Origin: Candidatus Micrarchaeota archaeon
Lineage (GTDB): Archaea > Micrarchaeota > Micrarchaeia > Micrarchaeales > CABMGC01
NCBI GenBank assembly: GCA_021797995.1
Contig: JAJZYR010000001.1
Location: 6,114 to 70,113 of the forward strand
Direction of reading: 5' to 3'
Length of the DNA: 64,000 bases
Part shown: one piece after another, positions 1 to 9,926 of the stretch
How the letters are laid out: every line of letters starts with the position of its first letter
How positions within the stretch are numbered: the stretch's first letter is position 1
Program-made: the position numbers and the translations under genes
The notes under the pieces: generated by a model
The model's input: only the letters and a program-made list of their open reading frames with translations
Databases searched by the model: none
What the model was told of the DNA's origin: nothing

Positions 1-1
1 T

Positions 2-742
2 TTCGGGTTCTCCGGAAGGGATATGATGATCAATTTCAGCGGCAACCGTGGCTACCATGTCCATGTGAACGACAAGTCGGTGCTTGCGCTGGACTCCGCG
101 GCAAGGAAGGAGATAACCGACTATATCTCAGGCAGGGGGGTGGAGATGGGGGAATTCTTCCCGACGTTAGGGATGCGCGGCAAGATGCTCAGGGGCCCGC
201 GCCATGCCGACAGGGGATGGGGAGGAAAGATGGCCAGGCAGTTCCTTGCTGACATGAATAACGGAATCGGTGCGCTCATGGCCCTTGGGATTGACAAACC
301 CACCGCAAGGATGATATACAGGAAGAGGGCGCTGATTGAACTCGGGATAAACAACGGAAACTGGGACATGGTCTACATAAAGGACAAGGCGGAGTTCTGG
401 AAGAGAATTCTCGAGAATCAGAGGGTAAAGCAGAGTGATAGGATAGACAAGAACGTGACAACCGACATATCGCACCTGATAAGGCTTCCCAATTCCATAC
501 ACGGGAGCACAGGGCTTGTGGCAAAGGCAGTGGGCTCGGTGGCGGATCTTGCAAGGTTTGATCCGATGAGGGATGCCATAGCATTCAAAGGGGAGGAGAT
601 GAGGATAAAGGCTGATACCGGATTCCCGCTGCTTATGAACGGGAGGAGCTTTGGGCCTTACGGAGGGGAGATAAAGGTGCCGGTGTACGTTGCACTTTAT
701 CTCTATCTCAAAGGGCATGCAAGGCTTCTTGGCCTTGCCTGA
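2..742 (+). CDS. priS: DNA primase small (catalytic) subunit, 5'-truncated by the window edge
   Basis: AEP motifs FSGNRGYHVHV and RIDxxVTxDxxHLIRLPxSIHGxTG; frame open from position 2. Confidence 0.93.
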   Translation, partial: FGFSGRDMMINFSGNRGYHVHVNDKSVLALDSAARKEITDYISGRGVEMGEFFPTLGMRGKMLRGPRHADRGWGGKMARQFLADMNNGIGALMALGIDKPTARMIYRKRALIELGINNGNWDMVYIKDKAEFWKRILENQRVKQSDRIDKNVTTDISHLIRLPNSIHGSTGLVAKAVGSVADLARFDPMRDAIAFKGEEMRIKADTGFPLLMNGRSFGPYGGEIKVPVYVALYLYLKGHARLLGLA

Positions 743-890
743 TGCAGGGGCATGACAGGACCAGATACAGTGATGCTTTATGATATAGAACACGCGGAGC
801 TGGCGCTGCTGTTTCCAATTGGACTGCAGGGCATGAGCCTGCAGGCACCTTCTCGCAACCCTTTTATACATTCCTTCCCATTGCATAGTC

Positions 891-1517
891 ATGGATCTGC
901 TCTTGAGAGCGCTGGCACTTACAGTCATAATAGTTGTCGCGCTGGCTGCGGTATACTATGCCTTCCAGAGCGGGGTCTTCTCGCAGAAAGCGGTTACTGA
1001 ACAGCAGGCTGAGGCACTTGTGGTAAACTATCTGCAGAGCCATAACCCGAACGCCATAGTGAACGTAACAAATGTCACGCCTTCGCAGTATCGCGGGAGC
1101 TGGCATATCGTTGTGTCGTTCATAAGCAACCAGACAACACCGTGCCCAACATACCTTGTATATTCATATGACTACCCGAAGTACGGCTTTGTCAACAGGA
1201 CCGAAAATACGTATACGGACAACTGCACGGTAGCCGGTCTTGTGCCTGGGATGAACTATGCAATAGGTGCATATCCAATTGCAATAACCAGGTCCTACTC
1301 GCTTGGAACCCCGGCGGTAATGGCATACGTGGACAGGATTGGCTATGGCAATGTGGTGGTGCATGCCGATTACCACGCCGCTTTTTCGCTGGACGGCAGG
1401 AACCTTGCGAAGGTCTGGGTGGTGAACTACTCTTCAGTATATACTAACCAGTCAGTGTACTCGGTCATCTCACAGACCAACGGGAGCCTCGTCGCTGTGT
1501 ACAATGCCACGCGCTAA
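891..1517 (+). CDS. Hypothetical membrane-anchored extracellular protein
   Basis: N-terminal hydrophobic helix, then a Tyr/Asn/Thr-rich domain with several N-x-S/T sequons. Confidence 0.7.
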   Translation: MDLLLRALALTVIIVVALAAVYYAFQSGVFSQKAVTEQQAEALVVNYLQSHNPNAIVNVTNVTPSQYRGSWHIVVSFISNQTTPCPTYLVYSYDYPKYGFVNRTENTYTDNCTVAGLVPGMNYAIGAYPIAITRSYSLGTPAVMAYVDRIGYGNVVVHADYHAAFSLDGRNLAKVWVVNYSSVYTNQSVYSVISQTNGSLVAVYNATR

Positions 1518-1521
1518 GAGG

Positions 1522-2058
1522 TCAGAGTCTCTTCTCGAATACCAGCAGCTCGTGCTCCTTTCCGCCTATGGACACCAGCCTTTCCTCGCCGGCTGCCAGC
1601 GCATAGTTATTCTTTGAGAATAGACGCCTTGCGCCATCGTTCTCGGCGACCACCTCTGCAATTATCCTTTTAAGCCCGATGTGCCTGGCCTGCCCATATG
1701 CACACTCCATGAGCATAGTCGCTATTCCTTCCCTCTGTGCCTCCTTTTTCACTATTACCCCAAGGTAGCCGGTATCGTTGGTTATCTCAGCGATCTCGCA
1801 CTCTCCAAGTATGGCGCCATCACTGACCGCGACAATATCCACCACTTTGCCATCTGCCATGCCCATGAGCTTGTACTTGAACAGCATCCTGATATCGCGG
1901 CTGGTCGGCCGGCTCTCGAACCACATGGCCGTAGGATACTCGGCGTATATCTGGATTATGAACTCCGACAGGGCATCAAGATCGCCTGGCTTCAGGTCCC
2001 TGACTTCAATGGCGCCATACCGCACGTGAGCTGGCTTGGTTACCCCGCTTACTTCCAT
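1522..2058 (-). CDS. GNAT family N-acetyltransferase
   Basis: Acetyl-CoA motif A (VKKEAQREGIATMLM) and C-terminal NxxAxxLFxKxxY. Confidence 0.85.
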   Translation of the reverse strand: MEVSGVTKPAHVRYGAIEVRDLKPGDLDALSEFIIQIYAEYPTAMWFESRPTSRDIRMLFKYKLMGMADGKVVDIVAVSDGAILGECEIAEITNDTGYLGVIVKKEAQREGIATMLMECAYGQARHIGLKRIIAEVVAENDGARRLFSKNNYALAAGEERLVSIGGKEHELLVFEKRL

Positions 2059-2115
2059 AATCCCAACCTTAAGGCAAGGTTTTTAATCCTCGTTGTATAA
2101 AATACACTGTTCTCC

Positions 2116-2310
2116 ATGGGTATTACAAAGCTTACTGCTAGGAAAATACTTAAAGATGCCGGAGCGGTGAGAGTAAGCGACTCTGCGGCTGATGAGCTGT
2201 CGGAGATACTGAACAAGTCGGCATACGCAATGGCGGGCAAAGCGGTAAAGCTTGCTGCACATGCAAAGAGGCAGACGGTAAAGAAGGCAGATATAGAGCT
2301 TGCGAGGTAG
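2116..2310 (+). CDS. Archaeal histone (HMf-like)
   Basis: 64 aa with histone-fold motifs GAxRVSxxA and AxHAKRxTVKxxDIELA. Confidence 0.95.
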   Translation: MGITKLTARKILKDAGAVRVSDSAADELSEILNKSAYAMAGKAVKLAAHAKRQTVKKADIELAR

Positions 2311-2336
2311 GCACGGCGAGAGTGGAGAGTGCTTTC

Positions 2337-3014
2337 ATGTACAAACTGGTATTATTCGACGTGCCAAATCTGCTGCTGGCGGACAGCAAGGACGTTTCGG
2401 AGTACGTTTCAGAGTCCATAAGGAATATATACGGAAGGGTCGTACCAGTGGACCTCGGGAAGTATTGGGGGTGGACCTCGCAGGACATCGCAGAGGATGT
2501 TCTCCTTCAGAGCCACATGGACAACGACGAGATAAATGGAAAGCTGAAGAGGTACATGGAAGACCTCTATTATACATACTACAATGTCGCAGGCCATGAC
2601 AGGATAGTACTGCTTGCAGGCGCACGCGGGCTCCTTGCAGAACTCTGGAAGAGGAACGTGCAGCTGGGCATTGTCTCCGGGGAGGCGGAGAAGATAACGA
2701 GGTTCAAGGTGGAGAAGGCCGGCATACGCGGATTCTTCAAGACAGGCTATTTTGGGGAAGCCGGGAAGACGTACAGTGACATTATCGAGACTGCACTCAA
2801 GGGGATCGAGAGCGAACTCGGCATTGATAAGGACGGCATTCTCGTAGTCGCAGGCTCGGTGCGCCTGATACGCGATGCAAAGGAGGCCGGCCTGGCTGCG
2901 CTCGGAGTTGCCAACGTGAACTGCTCTGAGGCTGAGCTCCGGGCCGCGGGTGCCGACCTGACGGTGAAGAGCATCAAGGAGAGGAAACGGATCGCTGACT
3001 TTGCGACAGAATAG
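2337..3014 (+). CDS. HAD-superfamily protein with degenerate catalytic motifs
   Basis: KLVLFDVPNLL (motif I lacks second Asp), LGIVSG, C-terminal ELRAAGADL; motif IV Asp residues absent. Confidence 0.75.
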   Translation: MYKLVLFDVPNLLLADSKDVSEYVSESIRNIYGRVVPVDLGKYWGWTSQDIAEDVLLQSHMDNDEINGKLKRYMEDLYYTYYNVAGHDRIVLLAGARGLLAELWKRNVQLGIVSGEAEKITRFKVEKAGIRGFFKTGYFGEAGKTYSDIIETALKGIESELGIDKDGILVVAGSVRLIRDAKEAGLAALGVANVNCSEAELRAAGADLTVKSIKERKRIADFATE

Positions 3015-3060
3015 CGGCAGATCCCATTGCTGCCGGATTCCGGGTTTACGCGCAGCCTTC

Positions 3061-3819
3061 TCAGTCTTCCCTCCATTTGGACTTCCTTATTGCAAGGAAG
3101 GCCATTACCGCAGCTATGGCCACTATTACCAGCCAGTCAACGGCTATGCTGTAACTGCTGAACGTCACCGCACCTATCGCATTCTGCAGTATCTCCGCCG
3201 CGTAAGTCGCTGGGGAGAGATATGCCAGGTACTGCAGCGGCTGCGGTATGTAGCTTATAGGATAGTATACCGGGGGGAGCGCCGATAGCACTGTCGAGAC
3301 TATCCCGGCAAACGCCCAGCTCTGGACAACGTCAGACGTAAAAGTGGAGAGCAGGAAACCGAGGGACACGGAGAAGACGAACATCACAGCAAGCACGGCC
3401 ACTATCTCGAGGAATGCAATCGCCGGCGCACTTATGTACAGGCCTGCGAGCGCGGCGAGAACGAGAAGCGCGGGAAGGGAGTATATGATCTCCGATGCCG
3501 CCATGCCTGCAAGGTACATGCGTGCCGTAGTGGGCGAGCTCACTATCATATCCTGCAGCTTGAAGTCGTTCTTCAGATGCGAGAGATCCTGCTGCAGGCT
3601 TGTCCCTGCCCCTATAATTGTCATTATCAGGGCACCGCCTATGGCTATCGGAAGGAGCGCGCCATGGCTGACAAATGTTATCACGATAAGCAGCGAGAAG
3701 GGCGCTAGGAGCGTGCTTATTAGCACGATCGGATAATTGACCATTGCGTATATCGCATTTACCAGTATCGAAGCCAGTATCTGGCTACCGCGATTCCTCT
3801 TTTCCATAATCATCAGCAT
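3061..3819 (-). CDS. ABC-2 type transporter permease
   Basis: About six TM helices, PVYYPISYIP...SPATYA motif; overlaps the ATPase gene. Confidence 0.88.
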   Translation of the reverse strand: MLMIMEKRNRGSQILASILVNAIYAMVNYPIVLISTLLAPFSLLIVITFVSHGALLPIAIGGALIMTIIGAGTSLQQDLSHLKNDFKLQDMIVSSPTTARMYLAGMAASEIIYSLPALLVLAALAGLYISAPAIAFLEIVAVLAVMFVFSVSLGFLLSTFTSDVVQSWAFAGIVSTVLSALPPVYYPISYIPQPLQYLAYLSPATYAAEILQNAIGAVTFSSYSIAVDWLVIVAIAAVMAFLAIRKSKWRED

Positions 3820-4711
3820 CTATCGGCTTCTTTACTATGTAGTAAAAGATGTCATCGAGTGTGAGCGGGTTCATTGAAAATTTTATGCCCCTCTTTATCA
3901 GCTTCTTGGATATTCTGTACGCCTCTGACTCCGTGGTAGATATCTGGTAGTGGCCATCTGCGCCTCTTGTAAGGGTTCCGCTCACAGGCCTTGCCACAGC
4001 TCCGTCGGAGAGGGTCCTGATTATGTAATGGCGCTTTACCATCTTCCTCAGCTCTGCCATCGTCCCAATCGCCTTCAGCCTTCCTCCATCCAATATGCCT
4101 ATCTTGTCCGCCAGATACTCTGCCTCCTCGAGGTAATGCGTAGTGAGGAAGATGAAATGCTTTCCCTTTAGCGACATTAGGATGTCCCACAGCTCCTTTC
4201 TCGAGATCGGATCCAGGCCAGTTGTCGGCTCATCAAGGAAGAGTATCCTTGCACCGGATGCGACCGCGCTTGCAACAAGTACCTTCCTCTTATTCCCTCC
4301 GGAAAGCATCCTGTTAGGAAGGTCCATCGACCCGACTATGCCAAGCTGCTTTGCCGCCCTGGAAGCCTTCTCCACGGCCTCAGAATAGCCGAAGCCGCGC
4401 CAGAGCAGGTAAGAGACCATTGACTGCCTCGCCGTCAGCCATCCGACGGCCCTTGCTTCCTGCGGCACGCTTGCTATCCTTTCCCTGAGTTTCTGGGCCT
4501 GACGGAGCACGTCGATTCCGTCTATATGGGCAGAACCCGAGGTGGCCGACAGCTGCGTCGCAAGTATCCTGACGAGCGTTGTCTTGCCGGCCCCGTTCCT
4601 CCCTATCAGCGCGAATATCCCGCTTGCCGGTATCGACAGGCTTATGTCTCTGAGCGCATATGCGCCGCGGCCATATCGCTTTGCTATCCTGCTGCATTCC
4701 AGTCTCTCCAT
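3785..4711 (-). CDS. ABC transporter ATP-binding protein (multidrug/DrrA-like)
   Basis: GRNGAGKTT, LSGGNKRK, FLDEPTTGLDP, TTHYLEEAE. Confidence 0.95.
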   Translation of the reverse strand: MERLECSRIAKRYGRGAYALRDISLSIPASGIFALIGRNGAGKTTLVRILATQLSATSGSAHIDGIDVLRQAQKLRERIASVPQEARAVGWLTARQSMVSYLLWRGFGYSEAVEKASRAAKQLGIVGSMDLPNRMLSGGNKRKVLVASAVASGARILFLDEPTTGLDPISRKELWDILMSLKGKHFIFLTTHYLEEAEYLADKIGILDGGRLKAIGTMAELRKMVKRHYIIRTLSDGAVARPVSGTLTRGADGHYQISTTESEAYRISKKLIKRGIKFSMNPLTLDDIFYYIVKKPIDADDYGKEESR

Positions 4712-4979
4712 GCCCTCAGCATAATATGCCTGCAGGGCTTATTTATCTATATGGGTCAGCCGTCCTTCCATGAATAGATTCACAGGGCAGGCAAGAGCAG
4801 GCACCACCACTTTCCGTAAATACCGGGGGCCTGTGCGCCGGCTTTTGACCCTTCATCGCCTGTGCCGATCCCCATCTTCTCAAGCTTTATATATCTTTTG
4901 CACTCATACCTTACTGCCAAATAGGCTGCTTATACGCGGGTGCACGTGCATTCCTCTTCTGTTTGCCTAATTGATTACC

Positions 4980-5282
4980 ATGAGTGACCTTACCAACGAT
5001 CTGAGATTAGCCATTGACACGGGAAAGGTGAGCTTCGGCAACAGGAGCGTCTCAAGGCTCATAAGCACAAACAGCGCAAAGGCCGTTGTTGTCGCGATAA
5101 AGGGAAAGAAGGAGATTATTGACGACCTAACGCACATATGCGGTGTGGCCGGGATGAAGGTAATAAGGTTCAATGGCAACTCCCTTGAGCTCGGGGCGGC
5201 ATGCGGAAGGCCCTTCTCTGTCAACAGCCTTGCCATAATAGAATCTGGAAACTCTAAGATACTTGATGCGGAATATGCTTGA
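4980..5282 (+). CDS. rpl30e: 50S ribosomal protein L30e
   Basis: AIDTGKVxFG and ELGAACGRPF motifs; upstream of rps12. Confidence 0.95.
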   Translation: MSDLTNDLRLAIDTGKVSFGNRSVSRLISTNSAKAVVVAIKGKKEIIDDLTHICGVAGMKVIRFNGNSLELGAACGRPFSVNSLAIIESGNSKILDAEYA

Positions 5283-5722
5283 CTGGTGACTATTTGCCGA
5301 AGGGAGAATTTGCAGCAAGGGAGCTCATAAAGAAAAGGAAGAAGCACCGCATGCTTAACAAGTGGTGGAAGAGGAAATATTTCAAGATAAAGAAGAGGTA
5401 CGACCCTGTGGGAACCGTGCCGATGGCAAAGGCCCTTGTGCTGCAGAAGTTCGTGCTCCAGCAGAAGCAGCCGCACTCTGGGCTCATAAAGTGCGTCAGG
5501 GTGCAGGTGGTGAAGAACGGGAAGATTGTAGGGGCATACGTCCCATATGACGGCTCGATCAATTTCATAGAGGAACATGACGAGGTCACGATACAGGGCA
5601 TGGGAGGCTCGCAGAGAGGCGCCATGGGTTCCATACCAGGACTGCGCTTCAGGGTAATCGCAATAAACGGCGCTGACATATTCGAGGTTGTCAAGGGCAG
5701 GAAGGAGAAGCCAAAGAGATGA
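5279..5722 (+). CDS. rps12: 30S ribosomal protein S12 (uS12)
   Basis: KQPHSGLIKCVRVQ, FIEEHDEV, GRKEKP; TTG start overlapping rpl30e stop. Confidence 0.95.
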   Translation: MTGDYLPKGEFAARELIKKRKKHRMLNKWWKRKYFKIKKRYDPVGTVPMAKALVLQKFVLQQKQPHSGLIKCVRVQVVKNGKIVGAYVPYDGSINFIEEHDEVTIQGMGGSQRGAMGSIPGLRFRVIAINGADIFEVVKGRKEKPKR

Positions 5723-6573
5723 TCATCATGACAGAGCAGGCACCTGAAGTACATGCACCCGCTGGGCAGGCATCCGAAGCACAGGGAGAGGAGAAGGTGG
5801 CAGAGACACCCAAACCAAAGCGGAGCACGAGAAGGAAGGCAGTTGCTGTGCAGAATGCACAGCCCGCCGGAGCTGTGGCTGGTGAGGTCTCAGCATCCGA
5901 GGAAACAGCGGCACTCATGACGTTAAAGAAGGAGCATAATCAAAAAGCAGCAGAGCGCTACAGCGTGGTCGAGCAGCTCGTGTTCGGGAAATACAATCCG
6001 AAGGAGGTCGAGATAATAGACGGCAGCATTGCAGCATACGTGAACCTCGGCTCGTACATATACCCGAACATCTACGGAAGGAGGAAGTTCCTCGCCTACT
6101 ATACATCACACATAAGCGTCGTTGAGAGGCTGATAAACAAGCTCATGAGGGGAGGCACCGGGAAGAAGATTGGCGGGAAGGTGATAAGAACCAAGGGGAG
6201 GCTCCAGGGAAAGAAGATCAAGGTGACGCACGTCGTCGAGAAAGCCTTCGGAATCGTAAACAGGCAGACTGGGAAGAACCCGCTTCAGATACTTATTAAT
6301 GCACTCCAGAACTCCGCCCCCATAGAGGACACCACAAGGGTCAGATACGGCGGCATAAGCTACAACATCGCTGTGGGAATAAGCGCTCAGAGGAGGATCA
6401 ACGTAGCACTAAAGAACATCGCGCTTGCCGCCCTGATAGGCGCATTCAGGAACAGGAGGCCGCTTGCAGAGGCTCTCGCCAACGAACTCATGCTTGCAGC
6501 AAACAACAGCCCTGACAGCTATGCCATAAAGAAGAGGGTTGAGGGAGAGCGCATAGCAAAGAGGGCGAGGTGA
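5719..6573 (+). CDS. rps7: 30S ribosomal protein S7 (uS7) with N-terminal extension
   Basis: VERLINKLM, NPLQILINALQNSAPIEDTTRVRYGG, SYAIKKR. Confidence 0.95.
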   Translation: MIIMTEQAPEVHAPAGQASEAQGEEKVAETPKPKRSTRRKAVAVQNAQPAGAVAGEVSASEETAALMTLKKEHNQKAAERYSVVEQLVFGKYNPKEVEIIDGSIAAYVNLGSYIYPNIYGRRKFLAYYTSHISVVERLINKLMRGGTGKKIGGKVIRTKGRLQGKKIKVTHVVEKAFGIVNRQTGKNPLQILINALQNSAPIEDTTRVRYGGISYNIAVGISAQRRINVALKNIALAALIGAFRNRRPLAEALANELMLAANNSPDSYAIKKRVEGERIAKRAR

Positions 6574-6577
6574 CTGC

Positions 6578-8770
6578 ATGGTAAGGAAGGAGCTCGTGGT
6601 AGAGGAAGCAGCAAGGATCATGAACTCAGCAGGGCATATAAGGAACGTGGCGATCATTGCGCATGTGCACCATGGAAAGACGACGCTCACAGATTCGCTC
6701 CTTGCACGTGCCGGCATCATATCCAAGACCGTGGCAGGGGATGCGCTCTACACAAACTATGAGGCCATCGAGAAGGACAGGAGGATGACCATAAAGTCCG
6801 CGAACATCTCCCTGGGCTTCGACTACAACGGCGAGGATTACATAATAAACCTTATCGACACGCCAGGGCACGTGGACTTCGGAGGCCACGTCACGAGATC
6901 AATGAGGGCGGTGGACGGCGTTGTGCTAGTGGTTGATCCTGTCGAGGGGATCATGCCGCAGACAGAGACGGTGCTCAGGCAGGCGCTGCAGGAGAGGGCG
7001 AAGCCAGTCCTGTTCGTAAACAAGACAGACAGGCTCCTGAACGAGCTCAAGCTCACGCCTGAGCAGGCCTTCGAGAGGCTGCTAAGGCTCATCAACGACA
7101 TAAACAAGCTCATAATAAGGTTTGCGCCGGAGGAGTTCGCAAAGAAATGGCAGGTGAGCGTCGAAGCGGGCAGCATCTGCTTCGGGAGCGCCTACAAGAA
7201 GTGGGCGATCTCAAAGAGAATCATGGAAAGGTACAAGGTAACGTTCAAGGACATATGGGACCTGTCGGCAAAGAACGACGAGAAGAGGCTCCAGGAGGTG
7301 GCCCCGATAGACGAGGCGGTGCTCTCGATGATAATAGAGCACATGCCAGATCCGGCAGCAGCGCAGCACTACAGGATACCTCACCTCTGGCACGGGGACC
7401 TTAACAGCACGGATGGAAAGTCGATGCTGGCTGTGGACAGGAACGGCCCGGTGTGCATGATAATCTTCGGGATAAACTATGACCAGCACAGCGGCGAAGT
7501 GGCGATAGGCAGGGTCTTCTCCGGCACGGTGAAGAAAGGAGTAGAAGTATACAGCACGGGGGTGAATGAGGTGCAGAAGATCCAGACGGTAAGCCTGTAC
7601 ATGGGCCCCGACAAGGTGGCTATAGATGCCGTGCCAGCGGGAAACATAGCCGCAATAGTGGGTCTTAAGAACGCTTCCATAGGGGACACTGTAAGCGAGA
7701 ATAACATAGAGCCGTTTGAGCAGATAAAGCATTACTCGCAGCCGGTTGTTACAAAGGCGATAGAGGCAAAGGATACGAGGGATATGGCCAGGCTCATAGA
7801 GGCATTAAGGGAGCTCACAAAGGGCGACCAGACGATAGTCACTGAGCTGAATCCCGAGACAGGGGAGCATCTCGTAAGCGGCATGGGCGAGCTGCATCTC
7901 GAGATCATCGAGACGAAGATAAGGGACGACTTCAAGGTGCCGATAACAACGAGTGAGCCCATAGTGGTGTACAGGGAAACTATCGAGAGGGGCGTGGAGG
8001 ACGTCGAAGGCAAGTCTCCAAACAAGCATACGCGCTTCTACATCAACGTTGAGCCGCTGGAGCCCGGCGTCGTGGAGCTGATAGAGAGCGGGGAGCTGCG
8101 GGAGGGCAAGCCCAAGGGCAAGGCGCACGTGGAGCCGCTGATAAAGGCGGGGCTGACCAGGGAGGAGGCAAAGGGGCTCGTCGACATATCTACAAGATGC
8201 GTGCTCATTGACGCAACGAAGGGGGTGCAGTACCTCAACGAGGTGATGGAGCTCCTCATAGAGGGTTTCGAGGAGGCGGTGAAGGACGGACCGCTTGCAC
8301 GCGAGAAGTGCTCCGGGATAAAGGTTTCGATTACCGATGCCACGATCCACGAGGATCCGGTCCACAGGGGCCCGGCGCAGATAATACCTGCGATTCGCAG
8401 GCCGATATATGCAGGCATGCTCAGTGCAGGAGTGGTGCTCATGGAACCTAAGCAGAAATTCACGATCAACATAGGCCAGGAGCACCTCTCCGACGTCATA
8501 TCATTCATCCAGGGGAAGAGGGGCGTGATCCAGGACATACAGCAGGAGAATGAGAATGTCACGATAATCGCGAAGCTGCCGGTGGCCGAGGTCATAAAGG
8601 GCTTCTCCAACGAGATAAGGGGGCTGACGCAGGGAAAGGCGATATGGTATCCCGAGTATGCGGGGTATGAGAAACTGAACAGGGAGCTGCAGGACAAGGT
8701 GGTAAAAGAGATAAGGAAGAGGAAGGGAGTGCCAGAGAATCCGCCTACTCCCGAGTCATTCCTTGATTAG
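6578..8770 (+). CDS. fusA: Translation elongation factor aEF-2
   Basis: DTPGHVDF, NKTD, GMGELHLE, KSPNKH, diphthamide loop HEDPVHRGPAQ. Confidence 0.97.
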   Translation: MVRKELVVEEAARIMNSAGHIRNVAIIAHVHHGKTTLTDSLLARAGIISKTVAGDALYTNYEAIEKDRRMTIKSANISLGFDYNGEDYIINLIDTPGHVDFGGHVTRSMRAVDGVVLVVDPVEGIMPQTETVLRQALQERAKPVLFVNKTDRLLNELKLTPEQAFERLLRLINDINKLIIRFAPEEFAKKWQVSVEAGSICFGSAYKKWAISKRIMERYKVTFKDIWDLSAKNDEKRLQEVAPIDEAVLSMIIEHMPDPAAAQHYRIPHLWHGDLNSTDGKSMLAVDRNGPVCMIIFGINYDQHSGEVAIGRVFSGTVKKGVEVYSTGVNEVQKIQTVSLYMGPDKVAIDAVPAGNIAAIVGLKNASIGDTVSENNIEPFEQIKHYSQPVVTKAIEAKDTRDMARLIEALRELTKGDQTIVTELNPETGEHLVSGMGELHLEIIETKIRDDFKVPITTSEPIVVYRETIERGVEDVEGKSPNKHTRFYINVEPLEPGVVELIESGELREGKPKGKAHVEPLIKAGLTREEAKGLVDISTRCVLIDATKGVQYLNEVMELLIEGFEEAVKDGPLAREKCSGIKVSITDATIHEDPVHRGPAQIIPAIRRPIYAGMLSAGVVLMEPKQKFTINIGQEHLSDVISFIQGKRGVIQDIQQENENVTIIAKLPVAEVIKGFSNEIRGLTQGKAIWYPEYAGYEKLNRELQDKVVKEIRKRKGVPENPPTPESFLD

Positions 8771-8928
8771 CCGGCCGCGTTTTCCGATGCGCTACTTCAG
8801 CCGACTTCAACATCCTTCTGATGCGGCACAGACCTGAAGGTATTTAAGTTTATCTGAGCAATATATCTGTCTACTAACCGCTAGGTTAGCGCAACTAATT
8901 GTTGCACCAATGAGATGAGGTGTTGTAA

Positions 8929-9423
8929 ATGGCAAAGGCATATGTGAAATTCGAGACGAACAAGGACGTGGCTGCAAGGATATCGGAGGTACTGGGGCTG
9001 GCAAAACAGAGCGGGACGGTACGGAAGGGTGCAAACGAGGTAACAAAGAGCGTGGAGCGCGGCCTTGCCAATTTCGTGGTGATTGCCGAGGATGTCGACC
9101 CGGAGGAGGTGGTAATGCATATACCCACCCTCTGCGAGCAGAAGAAGATCGCATACGGCTATCTTCCTACAAAACTTGAGCTTGGGAAGGCGATCGGGAT
9201 AAACGTCCCGTGCGCCGCTGCCTCGATAGAAAAACCTGGAGGGTCGGAGCACATGATGAAGGAAGTGATCTCGAAGATAACAGGGAGGAGCACCGGCGAG
9301 GAGAGGCCTGCGCAGGCACCTAAGGAGCAAAAACAGCAGGAACAGAAGCAGGCGCCAAAGCCGAAAAAGGAGGCGGCTCCCGCTGCGCCTAAGGCGGAGA
9401 AGAAGAATGCACCGCAAGCGTGA
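8929..9423 (+). CDS. rpl7ae: 50S ribosomal protein L7Ae with Lys/Gln/Ala/Pro-rich C-terminal tail
   Basis: KGANEVTKSVERG, IAEDVDPEEVVMHIP. Confidence 0.95.
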   Translation: MAKAYVKFETNKDVAARISEVLGLAKQSGTVRKGANEVTKSVERGLANFVVIAEDVDPEEVVMHIPTLCEQKKIAYGYLPTKLELGKAIGINVPCAAASIEKPGGSEHMMKEVISKITGRSTGEERPAQAPKEQKQQEQKQAPKPKKEAAPAAPKAEKKNAPQA

Positions 9424-9428
9424 TCTTT

Positions 9429-9653
9429 ATGGCTGAAGAGAAGAGGCTCGAAGGATGGCTGGCCGAAGTGGTGGACCTCGCGCCTAAAAGGACCGGCATC
9501 TATGGCGAGATTAAGCAGGTAATGTGCAAAATCCTCGAGGGAAACGACAAGGGCAGGGTCATAAGGAGGAATATCGCCGGCAGGGTCAAGAAGGGCGACT
9601 ACATAAGGCTGAACGATACGAACAGGGAGGACAAGCCGATAAGGTCGAGATAA
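9429..9653 (+). CDS. rps28e: 30S ribosomal protein S28e
   Basis: RTGIYGEIKQVMCKILEGNDKGRVIRRNI. Confidence 0.93.
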   Translation: MAEEKRLEGWLAEVVDLAPKRTGIYGEIKQVMCKILEGNDKGRVIRRNIAGRVKKGDYIRLNDTNREDKPIRSR

Positions 9654-9672
9654 GCTGTTTGCTGTGGTTACG

Positions 9673-9855
9673 ATGGTTAAGTGCTCTTACTGCATAAAGG
9701 AGATTGAGAGAGGCACGGGCCTCATCTATGTCAAGAAAAACGGGGCTATAAGGCACTACTGCTCCGACAGATGCTATAAGTTCAACGAACTTTACGGCAA
9801 GAAGGCGAGCAAGAAGGAGATTGCTGCAAATTCGCCGGCCGGGACACTTGCCTGA
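9673..9855 (+). CDS. rpl24e: 50S ribosomal protein L24e
   Basis: CSYC...GTGLIYVKKNG...YCSDRC zinc motif; synteny with rps28e. Confidence 0.93.
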   Translation: MVKCSYCIKEIERGTGLIYVKKNGAIRHYCSDRCYKFNELYGKKASKKEIAANSPAGTLA

Positions 9856-9926
9856 GCACAATGCAGCCAAGCTTTGCCCGCGCTCCTGCTATGGTTTATA
9901 TTTGTTGGTGTTGATACTCTAGAATC

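Noticed and set aside
4770..4900. Fluoride riboswitch or C/D sRNA upstream of the ABC transporter (GGCGATGA on the minus strand)
   Set aside because: The remaining consensus elements (pseudoknot partner, box D) could not be found.
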